A DNA stretch of 63,125 nucleotides, counting the filler, from Stramenopiles sp. TOSAG23-3 (lineage: Eukaryota): the NCBI GenBank assembly GCA_900128585.1. It is 6 parts of 6 records of this genome, joined end to end, with 100 filler letters (N's around TTAATTAATTAA, not from the genome) between each part and the next. Parts side by side here need not be neighbours in the genome. Positions count along the whole stretch, not along the records: positions 27,253 to 54,372 come from LT642265.1; 5 more parts are not named here. One strand, 5' to 3'. The number at the start of each line of letters is the position of its first letter. Within the stretch, counting starts at the first letter, position 1. Position numbers and translations under genes: made by a program. The notes beneath the pieces are model-generated. The model was not told the origin of the DNA. It did no database searches and saw only the letters and a program-made list of their open reading frames with translations. Positions 41,674 through 51,994 of this stretch are shown here, one piece after another.

Positions 41674-42477
41674 ATGTCTTCTTCCAGTGCTGCCGAAGGA
41701 CTTCGGCGCATGCAGGAAGATCCTGAGACGGCGGTACCCCAAGGAGGGACCCGTGGAGCAGCTCGGGCATCGTTGCCCTATGTCCCTTTGAACGCTTGGA
41801 ACGGGTCCCATCGTGCAAACCAAGACACGGCAAATTTGGCAACGGCGGCTGGCGGAATAGCGAAGTTTCGTCAAATGACAAACGCGTTTTACAACAAGGC
41901 TTTTCAAGACTCGCAGTTGGACCCTTTTATCCGCGAACGAAGTGACCCGCACGGAGAAAGGTTTGCGTCATGGATAGCAGAAAAAATGGGCCTAGGTTCA
42001 CCATGGAGCGACGAGAGACGGACACGAAGAACGTGCCCGTTTCATTCCAAAGGGCAAACTTTTCAAACCCCCCACGATCGCTCTTCATCCCACTTTGCAG
42101 CGTGGCACTCACCAAAAAGGAGCGATGAAAAGTGGGGAAGGCATTTTAAATTAGACGACTGCCGTGTTTGGATGCGTTTGCACTTTTGGGCCGCTCGGGA
42201 GGTTGGGATGTTCGACGACTCCCCTGCGTTTATGAACTATTACGTACGCTTTCTCGCGCACTTTGTAAGTGTTTATGAGCGAAGAGCACCGCAGTTTGCA
42301 AGGGACTCGGCTAGATGGAGCGCAGACAAAGCGAACACAGACGCCTATTTGGCAAACAATCGCACCATGCCAGGTATAATCGGACTATCCTATAGCGAGG
42401 CCTTGGCACAACTGCCAGAATCAGAGCGAGAGTATACTGGGAGCAACGCCAGCGTTCGCATTTGGCCTTATGTATAA
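41674..42477 (+). CDS. Truncated (2/2) hemoglobin-like globin protein
   Basis: GG...FRQMTNAFY.KAFQD..LDPF...HGERFASWIAEKMG, AAWH, F.LDD.RVWMRLHFWAAREVG; first ATG at 41674. Confidence 0.7.
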   Translation: MSSSSAAEGLRRMQEDPETAVPQGGTRGAARASLPYVPLNAWNGSHRANQDTANLATAAGGIAKFRQMTNAFYNKAFQDSQLDPFIRERSDPHGERFASWIAEKMGLGSPWSDERRTRRTCPFHSKGQTFQTPHDRSSSHFAAWHSPKRSDEKWGRHFKLDDCRVWMRLHFWAAREVGMFDDSPAFMNYYVRFLAHFVSVYERRAPQFARDSARWSADKANTDAYLANNRTMPGIIGLSYSEALAQLPESEREYTGSNASVRIWPYV

Positions 42478-42579
42478 AACTTGCAGAATAAAGTTAAAAC
42501 ACAATCAAATGGCCCATAATCGACTATTTCAATTCCTTTTTTATTTTATTTATAATGATAAAGTATTTTTCTTCTAAAA

Positions 42580-45500
42580 TCACTTTTTATTTAATTCAGG
42601 GGGGCCCTCGTTGACGTTTGGAACTTCCGAATTGCTACCCTTGGCATAGGTAAAAGCAGTTGCGTCGCCGGGCATTGTGTAGTCGCGAGTGGTATCTTTT
42701 CTAATATGTGACGGTAACGCGCGGTTCCTTAACACCATCGTTTGCGAGCGTTTGCTAGAAATCATATCGAGCGTATCTCTCAAACGCTTCATTTCTTGCG
42801 TATGCGCTTCAATCAACAGTTTCTGTTCGTTCTCGTACTGCTCACATACGACACGGCGCAACTTGATGATGGCACTTTCGTGGGAACGCTCTTCTTCGTC
42901 CCGCATCGCTTTGACCCGGTGGTCAAACTGTATTTTCAAGCGGACGGCATCCGATTCATATTCCGCTTTCAGTTTTATCCTCTCTTTCCCCAACCACTGC
43001 TTTCGTTTCTCTTCGTCCTCATCGTACCGTAGCAACATGTTGAATTCCTGCTCCCGCAGCTTCTCGTCCCATTTTCCCTTTTCCATGTCGTGATTGGTTT
43101 TCATTTTTTCCAGCTCATGCCTCAGATCTTTGACTTCAGTTTGGACGTTTCTCAAGGTTTCTTCGAGATGTAGCTTGCTTTCGTTCAGTTTATTGTTCTC
43201 CGTCTCTTCACGGCAACATTTTATTGTCAGTTCTTCCAATTTCACAGTGAAATGCTCCTTTGCCAAACGGTCAATCTCGTTTTGCGCTACCCGCTTCGTC
43301 TCTGCTTTTTGCATGACCTGCTGTAGCAGATCATGGTGCTTCGTTCTCTCACGCAGTTCACTTTTTAAGCCCGCGATGTCTTGCCGGTGCTGCTCCAAAG
43401 TCTGCTTCATGTCATTGTCGTACTGGGTTTTCATCATATCGACGAGCGCTTGCGACTCTTGGAGGGCCCCCGACAAATCCTCCTGTATGCGCTGGTCGTT
43501 GACTTCCTTTTCCTTGCACCCTTGGAGAAGGTTGTTCAGTGAAGCCAATTTCGAGTGTACTTGAGTGGTGTCTTTCTCGCGCAAATTATTGGCGTCAGTA
43601 ATCTTTGCTTGCATGGCTTTCATGTCGTTCTGATACTGTTCATGCAATTCGTTGAATTTCGAGTTAACGGTCTCGATAGTTGTGCTAGATTCGTTCAGTG
43701 CAGCCTTGAGCGTTTTCTTTTTCTCAATTTCCTTCACCAGCGAGGCTTTCAGAGTAGACAACTGGCCGCTTAGCTTCTCTATGGTTTGCGTTTTAGCACT
43801 GACGTTTATACGCTCGAGATCCAACAGTTCGGAATATTGCTGGATTGCGTTTACTCTGTCAGCCTCCCCCTTTCGTAATATCTCTTCATGGGCACGTTTC
43901 AGCTTCGCTACCGCATTTGTCGACCCTTCTGTTTGCAATTTTAGTTTCCCCTGTAGATCGGTTACGACTTGGGTATGTTTTTTCACCATCGTCAGAACGC
44001 GTTTGTGCAATGCCTCGTCTTGCTCTGTTTGCTTCTGTTTTGTTTCGGAAATATAGGCGTTGAGGTCGTCCAACGCCTTCGATAGCGTGCTGTTTTCCTC
44101 TTCAAGAATGTTGTTTGTAGAGATTAGCGATTGGATGTTGCTTTCCAAAAGATTATCCTTCTCTCCGGTATCGTTTGTTACCTCTAGTGATGGAGGCGTG
44201 TTCGGAGGACTGAGCTCCGACACAGCGTTGATCACCTCTTTCGGCGGTTGCTGCTCCTTTTCGGCGCTGGCTTCTGCACCCAAGCTTCCCGCCTCTGTTC
44301 TTTTAGGATTTTCCACCTTAGACGAGCGGGCAAGTAAACCACGGAGCTCTTGGCTTCGGCGCAAGACCGACAGTGTCATTTCATTTTGTTTCTGATTCGA
44401 GTTTTGATCTAAATCTATACACGATATCAGCAATGTATTAGCATTTTTGCACCCCAAAGTTCGAGCCAGCACTTGAGTCAGAGTTGCAGATCGAAATGGG
44501 ACATGGTTGTTTTTGCTTTGCTGCATGCCATTGCTCGCCAACGCTCTCAGGCACTGGTGAAGGGCCTGCAACGTCGAATTTGGGGATGCCGCATTCTCAG
44601 AATGGTCGGATGTCGCCAACGGTGGCGCTAGGTCTACCACAACAATACGGCCTTTTACAGTCGGCCCGGAATCATCCGGAAAACGATCAAGAGCCTTGTT
44701 TTTTTTCTTGTCGCGTTCGTCGTCTTGCTTTACGGTAGAGTTGTCGCATATTTCAATGATGTTGCAAACGTGTGAGTATTTTAAGAACCTATTTTTGTTG
44801 AAATTGAGTTTTTTTGCGAGGCCTTCTAGGTATTCATCGTTTTCGTAGCAGCTTTCAAAGAGCGCGATTGCTTCCACGGCACTCCCGATGACGACTTTAG
44901 ATAAACCATGGACGTAGTTGTCCCCGCCAATCGTCACCTTTGCTTGGCCAACGGCCAACAAGTCATTCAAGCTATCATTGCTTCCACTTTGGTTTCCCTG
45001 CGATGGTCGTACTTGCACGGACCGTATTTGAACAGTGAAATGGGCAAGGGAGTTGCTGCTGCCTAATGTTTTGTGCACCTCATGCAGTATGCGCGGCAAG
45101 ACGCCAGCATGTTGCGTGCGATACATGGTTTCATCCACAGCAGTATCACCACTCAGTTCTTGTTGTGCCTTGTAATCGATGTACGCTTCGATGGTTTCCC
45201 CGACACTGCAGTATGTTTTCCCACTCCTCGAGGCGCCGGAAAATACCAGGTTCAACGTATTTGGCAAGGCACCCTTCGCGTCTCCCCCAAGACTAGAAAA
45301 CATGTTTTGCAAGTGGGGACGAACAGCAGAATCATAAAATGTCTGCTGGTCGGCGCTGGCGTCAAACACTTGCCCTTTCGCGTACGGAAATGGCGCCAAT
45401 TGGTTCCGCCCGTCTCTGTACTCAGTGTGAAATTGATTTTTCACACTGTTGTACGAAAGGATAATGTTCGACGGGCGATCTTCCTCCTTTCGGCTTGCCT

Positions 45501-45660
45501 TCTCAATGGCATCGACCCGACGATCGGAAGGCCGCACACGCACAATGGTGTGCATACGAGATTTCCCCATCGTCACATCGACAACATGATCATCCTGGGT
45601 CCGTGCGTCCACCCCTGCACCTGCAAGGGCAGCGATGACTTCCAATTGTGTCGGCAACAT
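42580..45660 (-). CDS. Divergent kinesin-like protein (N-terminal motor-like domain plus long coiled coil)
   Basis: VRVRP, VFD..ADQ..FY, P-loop GASRSGKTY, GVLPR, VVDLA, HVPFRSATLTQVL..TLG; likely start ATG 45660. Confidence 0.85.
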   Translation of the reverse strand: MLPTQLEVIAALAGAGVDARTQDDHVVDVTMGKSRMHTIVRVRPSDRRVDAIEKASRKEEDRPSNIILSYNSVKNQFHTEYRDGRNQLAPFPYAKGQVFDASADQQTFYDSAVRPHLQNMFSSLGGDAKGALPNTLNLVFSGASRSGKTYCSVGETIEAYIDYKAQQELSGDTAVDETMYRTQHAGVLPRILHEVHKTLGSSNSLAHFTVQIRSVQVRPSQGNQSGSNDSLNDLLAVGQAKVTIGGDNYVHGLSKVVIGSAVEAIALFESCYENDEYLEGLAKKLNFNKNRFLKYSHVCNIIEICDNSTVKQDDERDKKKNKALDRFPDDSGPTVKGRIVVVDLAPPLATSDHSENAASPNSTLQALHQCLRALASNGMQQSKNNHVPFRSATLTQVLARTLGCKNANTLLISCIDLDQNSNQKQNEMTLSVLRRSQELRGLLARSSKVENPKRTEAGSLGAEASAEKEQQPPKEVINAVSELSPPNTPPSLEVTNDTGEKDNLLESNIQSLISTNNILEEENSTLSKALDDLNAYISETKQKQTEQDEALHKRVLTMVKKHTQVVTDLQGKLKLQTEGSTNAVAKLKRAHEEILRKGEADRVNAIQQYSELLDLERINVSAKTQTIEKLSGQLSTLKASLVKEIEKKKTLKAALNESSTTIETVNSKFNELHEQYQNDMKAMQAKITDANNLREKDTTQVHSKLASLNNLLQGCKEKEVNDQRIQEDLSGALQESQALVDMMKTQYDNDMKQTLEQHRQDIAGLKSELRERTKHHDLLQQVMQKAETKRVAQNEIDRLAKEHFTVKLEELTIKCCREETENNKLNESKLHLEETLRNVQTEVKDLRHELEKMKTNHDMEKGKWDEKLREQEFNMLLRYDEDEEKRKQWLGKERIKLKAEYESDAVRLKIQFDHRVKAMRDEEERSHESAIIKLRRVVCEQYENEQKLLIEAHTQEMKRLRDTLDMISSKRSQTMVLRNRALPSHIRKDTTRDYTMPGDATAFTYAKGSNSEVPNVNEGPPELNKK

Positions 45661-46073
45661 GTTGTGGCCAATGCAAGGTTTGTTCAAATGTTGTGCGTTG
45701 GCCAATAATTATATATGAATCATGAGTTTATTTGTTTCTTTTCTTCTTCTTCATGATGAACGAATTTATTTATGAGAGGAGGAATCTTTTTTTTCCCCTT
45801 CTTAATAACAATAGTAGCTATAAATTATTAGTTAGTATATAGTTAGTAGAATCGAAATTTATAATAATTCGTATAAGTTTGTTTTTTTTTGTTTGTTGTT
45901 GTTGTTTTTTTGTTTTGTTGTTCTTCTTTGTTCTCTCTTCTTAGTCTATTATAATAGACTATATAAGTGGATTTTAATATATGAAATGTGTGGTATAAAT
46001 ATAATAAAATATACAAACACATTTTAATTATATATATAATGGTACGGACGGGGTATGCCTTTTTTTTTGGGGG

Positions 46074-46132
46074 GGTACAGGTACCAGGTACCAGGTACAG
46101 GTACTAACTCTACCTGGTACCTGGTACCTACC
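46074..46132. repeat. GGTAC(C)A tandem units followed by their inverted copies
   Basis: GGTACAGGTACCAGGTACCAGGTACAGGTAC-TAACTC-TACCTGGTACCTGGTACCTACC. Confidence 0.8.
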
Positions 46133-46401
46133 GTTAGTCGTCTATTATAATCATCTATAACAAAGAAGTATACCCAACAACAACAACAACAAGAAAAAAA
46201 ACGCAGATTTGTTTTGTGTGGGGGTGTGTGTGTGTTAGTTGTTGGACGACTGCTAAGAAGAGAATAAAACGATGATGCAAAAGTGACTACGGTACTCATA
46301 CAACCAACGCAATTGTTGTCTTTTTAAAACCACGGCAATATTCTTGTATACTTCATTGTATCTGGTTGTACAGCATCGTGCAACCACGAAGCGCTTTGAA
46401 A

Positions 46402-47232
46402 ATGGGTTCCGCTGTGGTAACTGGAAACGGCCGTGAAAGCAACAAACAGGGCCCCTCTCGGCGACGCTCACGGCGGGCTGGCAAGAAAGCCCCCAAAACA
46501 CTGGCACCGGTGACTTGGGGCCAACTGCTAAGCAAGGAGCTGGAAAAACCCGAAGATTTGAAGGACATACGTGCCGCCGATGGTAGTTCTTCTGAAAGTG
46601 TGGACTATGTGAACGAGGTAAAGCGTCTGCGAGCGTTGATTTCGAAAGGCAACGAAGCTGTGATTGAGGACTACAACGAGCGGGCGGCCAGAACTGACAA
46701 TGGAAAAGTTAAGGTAGTTTACCAACAATACGCAGAGAGTTTTAAAATAGTAAATGGGGAAATACGGGTTTTTGACATCGACGACAAATACTGCCTGAGC
46801 GATGCTATGCCTGGTTGCAGATTAGCGCTAGTAGACGTCCCTTTGCAAGAAATGCATGAGCGGGAGGCGAGCGGCATACACGTGTCTTTTGCAAAAAAAA
46901 CGGTGAAGATGGCGGCCGGCGCAGAAGGTGCAACTGCGGAGCAAGAGTTTTTCTGTGACCTCTACACATACAGAGAAGGTTCAAACCGGGAAGATAAACA
47001 GTATTACATCGTCGTGTACGAAGATCCCGAGCAATATGAAAGGGATATGGAGAAGATGAGGGCGAGGATTGAAGAGGATACCAACGGTGTAGTAGAGGCA
47101 ACAAACGCGCAAAGAGTTGAAGGGTGCAGTTGCTTGGAAGGTAATCCATGCACGGAGGCAAATAAGTACAACTGTAAAAATTGGGAAAATAGAATGGCGA
47201 TTGCGACCGCAAATGGTTGGAAGGGGTTTTGA
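46402..47232 (+). CDS. Hypothetical protein with a C-terminal Cys cluster
   Basis: Coding-like ORF ending EGCSCLEGNPC....YNCKNW.NR.AIA..NGW. Confidence 0.7.
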   Translation: MGSAVVTGNGRESNKQGPSRRRSRRAGKKAPKTLAPVTWGQLLSKELEKPEDLKDIRAADGSSSESVDYVNEVKRLRALISKGNEAVIEDYNERAARTDNGKVKVVYQQYAESFKIVNGEIRVFDIDDKYCLSDAMPGCRLALVDVPLQEMHEREASGIHVSFAKKTVKMAAGAEGATAEQEFFCDLYTYREGSNREDKQYYIVVYEDPEQYERDMEKMRARIEEDTNGVVEATNAQRVEGCSCLEGNPCTEANKYNCKNWENRMAIATANGWKGF

Positions 47233-47770
47233 AAGGTAAACCAAATTGGTATCATTAGCAGGGAAAGTAATTTTATTAATTTAAGAACAAGTCGCATCGC
47301 ATCGCATCGCCTCGCATGGAAAGTAATTCAAAAACAAATTATATATAGTATGTTCTTTCCATATTTTAACTTTTTGAAGTTTTGGGAGAAGATTATAATT
47401 GGTAACACTGGGTCGAATGATACGATATCGTAGGAACGACAAAGGAGGTACCGACCGACTTTAAGTGATATGAATNNNNNNNNNNNNNNNNNNNNNNNNN
47501 NNNNNNNNNNNNNNNNNNNNNNNNNNNNNNNNNNNNNNNNNNNNNNNNNNNNNNNNNNNNNNNNNNNNNNNNNNNNNAAGGGGAGATTTAATTCTCCAAG
47601 TGACTCAGATGGGTTCGGCGAAGAAGTGTTTTTACTCGCAAGAGTCTCCAATGAGGGATGAACATTTCAGGGACTTTGATTGGGAGAGAGATCGATTCGT
47701 TCACTACAGATTACCTCTATAAAAGTTTAAAATCATCAGCAGATATTAAAGATCAAATTTAAAATTAACT

Positions 47771-49270
47771 TCAAAAGCACACACTGAGCGGAGCCCCACT
47801 TTTACCGTCATGATTCATAAACCGACGAAGTTTTTTCCTGTCGATAAAATTGCCACTCAAATTGATGCACAGCCTGGCTTTGGACTCCCCGCGCTTATCG
47901 TGGTCGTCCAACTGACAGGCAGTACTGGTCGCGTACGACAACATAACCCTTGCCGATTTATCACGCAGCCGGTTCAGTTTCAAGTCTAAATTAATTATTT
48001 TACATAGCGTGCCGTGAAGCATGGAATGCCCCAGGGCTACAACGCTACAATCGCTTAAACAGTTGTTTCGCAACGTCAAAGTCCGGAGTTTGTGTGGGCC
48101 TGCGCCATGGTTTAGAGCATTTACGAGAGTCAACAGCCCCGTGTCGCCTATTTTGTTTGAATTCAGCCGTAGTTCTCGCAATTGTGGGGTAGCCCCGTAG
48201 TAAAATCCTTTTGCAAGTGCGATCATGCCCTTGTTGTTTATGCTGTTGTAGTTTAAATTCAATTCAAGCAATACGGGGCATGAGCCGCTTGACAGGGCAC
48301 CGCCCCCAGCCGCACTGAGAGCGCTCGTTGCTATCACAATCTGCTTGTCGTCCATGGTGGACGTGGTTATGCTTCTCTTTTTCATTGCTCCGGGGGGAGC
48401 CAGCTCTTCTGCCAATAGTTTTGTCCCGATCACTCCAAAGGTCTTGCACGTGATTGAGGTTGCATCCGGGTAACGGTTTAACTCGTGCGACAACGTGTAG
48501 ATCGATCCGTCTTCTATGTAGTTCATTTCCGTCCCATCGTTGGAATCGGTGTCATTTCCATCCGCGCCGGTACCAAGGGCTGCGCCGGTTTCAATGTCAC
48601 CTTCGCTGTCGCTCTCCACGTCGTCTAAATCGTCAAATTCGTTTATTTTTTGCTGCAACACAGACAGCTCTAATGCCCTCATGTTCTGGGCAGCTTTTGA
48701 TTGCAAAGATAGGTGCCCGGCTGCGTCGCTCTGGTTCCTTGTCAGATAGCTGGCTTCGATTGTCCCAAACATTCGCATAGAACGCTGCTCGTTGGTAGTC
48801 CTGGACTTCGACAGGAACACCAACCTATTCTCCTCTTCCATCTTCATTCGCCACCTTTCGACATTCTCAGCCGCTTCCCTCTCCTTCTGTGCTTTCGCCT
48901 GGGCTGCCCTTTGCGCCTCCTGCTCTCGCTTTAACGCAATTTCTTTGTTCTCATTCTCTCTCCACCATTTTAACGACCGTTGCGTTCGCAAAGCACACAC
49001 CGCGTAGTTATTCTCTTGTATTCGTTTCTTCGCGTCTCTTCTATCGTGGTCCAGTTGCGTTAATTCCTTTGTTTTCTGTTTCATCTCTGCATTGTGTACA
49101 CGGTGCTCCTGCAAGGCCGCTGCCTTTTTCAGCTTTTTTTTTTCTTTCCGGAGTTTTCGCCGCTCCGCGCGCTCGGCCTGCTTGTTTTCGTAATCGTCCT
49201 TCCATTTCGTTGTCACCTGGTATATTGATTTTCGCCCATACTTTCCTGTTTTTGCATGGTAAAACGGCAT
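47771..49270 (-). CDS. Coiled-coil plus RI-type leucine-rich repeat protein
   Basis: LLELNLNYNSI, LRELRLNSNKIGDTG, LRTLTLRNNCLSD, LDLKLNRL. Confidence 0.85.
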   Translation of the reverse strand: MPFYHAKTGKYGRKSIYQVTTKWKDDYENKQAERAERRKLRKEKKKLKKAAALQEHRVHNAEMKQKTKELTQLDHDRRDAKKRIQENNYAVCALRTQRSLKWWRENENKEIALKREQEAQRAAQAKAQKEREAAENVERWRMKMEEENRLVFLSKSRTTNEQRSMRMFGTIEASYLTRNQSDAAGHLSLQSKAAQNMRALELSVLQQKINEFDDLDDVESDSEGDIETGAALGTGADGNDTDSNDGTEMNYIEDGSIYTLSHELNRYPDATSITCKTFGVIGTKLLAEELAPPGAMKKRSITTSTMDDKQIVIATSALSAAGGGALSSGSCPVLLELNLNYNSINNKGMIALAKGFYYGATPQLRELRLNSNKIGDTGLLTLVNALNHGAGPHKLRTLTLRNNCLSDCSVVALGHSMLHGTLCKIINLDLKLNRLRDKSARVMLSYATSTACQLDDHDKRGESKARLCINLSGNFIDRKKLRRFMNHDGKSGAPLSVCF

Positions 49271-50162
49271 CGATTACATCAATGTACTCCTGTCCTGACT
49301 ATTGGTGCGTCCGGGGTTGACGAGACTACACGTGAGATGTGTAATGTGCAGGGAAAGAGATTTCTTCCTGTCTGCCTTTCGTTTGGGGTTCCAGAGAGAG
49401 AGTGTGTGAGAGAGAAATGAATTTGATATGGGCGTGTGGTAATTGTCGTGAATGTCCTATATATGGTTTTTGATATATTTTTTTGATGCAACCAATAGTA
49501 TAATTATTAATAATAATAATCTATAAAAAAAATAATAATAAAATATTCGATTCATTCTTCTTCTTTCACATCATTCCTTCGTTACCGTTGTGGTGTAATT
49601 TAATTATATATATATATAAATAATATAATAATAGAAGATAGCAATTATTATAAGTATAATTAATTAATAGTCGTCTAATATATTATAATAAATATCGGAG
49701 GAGGTCATCATATTAATTAATATTATTATTACTTTTTATAAGAGAGGAAGAACAACAGAGAAACAAACTTCTCAATTTATTAATTTGGACTACGGTATGG
49801 TATTTATTATACAGGTATTTTATTATACCTGGGTACCGCCGCCGTGTTGTGGTGGTGATGATATGAAAGAGGGAAAAAAGAAGAGTGTATTATAAATATA
49901 ATGAGAGTCTAATATAATAAATTAATTAATTATATTATTAAGACTTAAAATATTAATAAAAAATTTTGTGTTGTTGTTGTTTGTAACGTCTTCTTTTTCT
50001 CCCCCTTTTTCTTCTTCTTCCTCTCACTATTGTTTTACTATAACCCCTGCTTCGTTGCAAAGAAAAATGACTACGTACGAGGGTACAATTGAAAAAGTAC
50101 TGTTGTCGAAAGCAGACTGAGAGGCAAGCGATTGCGCGTTGGAACTTGTTAAACGTTTTAAC

Positions 50163-51782
50163 ATGGCCACGAAGTTCTCTTTGCAGTCACGCCGTCGTCT
50201 GCCTTTGACCCGTGTCGACGACCGGTTTTCATTTTCCTGTCCCCAGGACGATGCCACTCGATTGGGCCCTGGGTGGTCCAATTCACTCAGCGACAGCCAA
50301 AGGCGGCACAACCAAAAACATGTTTACAATGTGAAATTGGGCAATGTGCACCCGGACGGGAGCGGGAGAAAAAGCATGCTTAGGCACAGCGGTGTGGTGA
50401 AACGTGGGTATAGAGAGATTTTAGACATTGATTACAAGTACGACATTCCATACCAGAAAAAAGCGCCGAATTGCATCAACGGGAAGTTCATGCTCCCTGA
50501 ACGAGCCACCCGGGACGAAGATAGCGCGCTCTCGGGCGCAGTTACCGGCGGGTTTATGGACCACGAGGTTTTGGACGATGCCGCCCCGGCCAAACGCCCC
50601 CCCCGAAAGTTCGAGCTAGAAACCTCGTCTTCCATTCCGAACATAATTCCATCCCATAGAACTTCTTCGACAATTACGGCGGCATTGAGACGCTCGTCTG
50701 TATCGGCATCTTCCCTAAATTATTCCAAGAAGAGTTTGATGAAAAGCTCCTCTATCTGGTCGTCCAGCGGTGGTGAGACCCGGAAACAGTTGCGAAAGTT
50801 AAGAAGAAGCAGTAGTGCGATCAGCATTGTCCACCAGACCCAGAACGTGCTGAAAGCCAGGGAAAACATTCGAAGGCGTGAAATATTAAAGAAACGTAAG
50901 ACGACAGCGTTGTCGTTTTCAAGGTGGTCAAAAGACTCCGTAAGGTTCAAGAAAAACGAAATTTTCCTACAAAAAATTGACGACGATGTATCCAAGATGC
51001 AACCATTTCCTGGGCCTGGTTCCTACTCTGTGGGCGGTCGCATGGACGCCGAGGACTTGCACCTGGGAAGCATAGAAGACGCCGTCGACACCCAAGAACC
51101 CCCAGCAAACCTTGACGACATGGATCGTTCGATTTCGGCAGCTCCCATCTCCACAGAACCAACGAAAGGTTTGTATCGAAAGCAGACGCAACCGTTCAAG
51201 TCGAATTCGTCTCGCTTTCTATCCACAGAAGCAATGAACACGCACGATGTCCGATGCAGCACACTGCCAAAGGATTTTCGTGGGCGAAGTCGATACGAGT
51301 ACACCCCTGTCCCAACGTACACGGACGTAGTTCGAGAAAACCTAAATGTTAAAAAGGAGCGCGAAAAACCATCGTGGTTGAAGCCATCATCGGTAGGGTT
51401 AGAACGCGGATCAAAATCGAATCTTGGTGGCGGCACAAACACTTTTATGAACCCAGGACGAACGCCATTGGCATTTGAAAGACCTCGCGACTGGAACATG
51501 GACGACGAACGGCTGTTTTCGAGCTCGAACGCAACACGAGAAGTGTCAAAGTTTAAAGGTCGTGAGCTTGGGCCGACGTACATTAGAAAGGCCCCCGGAA
51601 AAATTAAGCTGGAACGACGGTATTTACATCACACGGTTTTGTTCAAACAACGGAACAACGAGCCAAAGGCTCCCGTCAGTGAGTTATACTTACGGAACCG
51701 AGAGTTGGAGGAGCAAGCGAACGATTTGGCAGATGCAAAAGCGTGGCAGCAAAAGATGAAGAGTGAAGCCAGCATGTACTAG
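50163..51782 (+). CDS. Basic low-complexity protein with a PGPGSY (STPG/Shippo-like) motif, possibly ciliary
   Basis: Long ORF with a single FPGPGSY motif; start uncertain. Confidence 0.6.
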   Translation: MATKFSLQSRRRLPLTRVDDRFSFSCPQDDATRLGPGWSNSLSDSQRRHNQKHVYNVKLGNVHPDGSGRKSMLRHSGVVKRGYREILDIDYKYDIPYQKKAPNCINGKFMLPERATRDEDSALSGAVTGGFMDHEVLDDAAPAKRPPRKFELETSSSIPNIIPSHRTSSTITAALRRSSVSASSLNYSKKSLMKSSSIWSSSGGETRKQLRKLRRSSSAISIVHQTQNVLKARENIRRREILKKRKTTALSFSRWSKDSVRFKKNEIFLQKIDDDVSKMQPFPGPGSYSVGGRMDAEDLHLGSIEDAVDTQEPPANLDDMDRSISAAPISTEPTKGLYRKQTQPFKSNSSRFLSTEAMNTHDVRCSTLPKDFRGRSRYEYTPVPTYTDVVRENLNVKKEREKPSWLKPSSVGLERGSKSNLGGGTNTFMNPGRTPLAFERPRDWNMDDERLFSSSNATREVSKFKGRELGPTYIRKAPGKIKLERRYLHHTVLFKQRNNEPKAPVSELYLRNRELEEQANDLADAKAWQQKMKSEASMY

Positions 51783-51994
51783 AGTGAAGAACATTTGGCC
51801 AGTTGAAATGTTTTGAAAAATAAAACTTGTGTGCCAATTATTTATTTGGTTTTAAAATTTGACAGAAGGTCTCACTCTGATATAAATTATTAAAAACAAG
51901 AAAAATTGGCTGTTTTATTTTAATTATTATAAAAATTTTTACCAGAGTCCAAATTAACTAAACATACTCCCACCCGCCCCCCGTTTTATTTTTT

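Noticed and set aside
47400-47700. Sequence flanking an internal N gap, possibly a collapsed repeat or small element
   Set aside because: No terminal repeats, TSD or coding signal could be supported.
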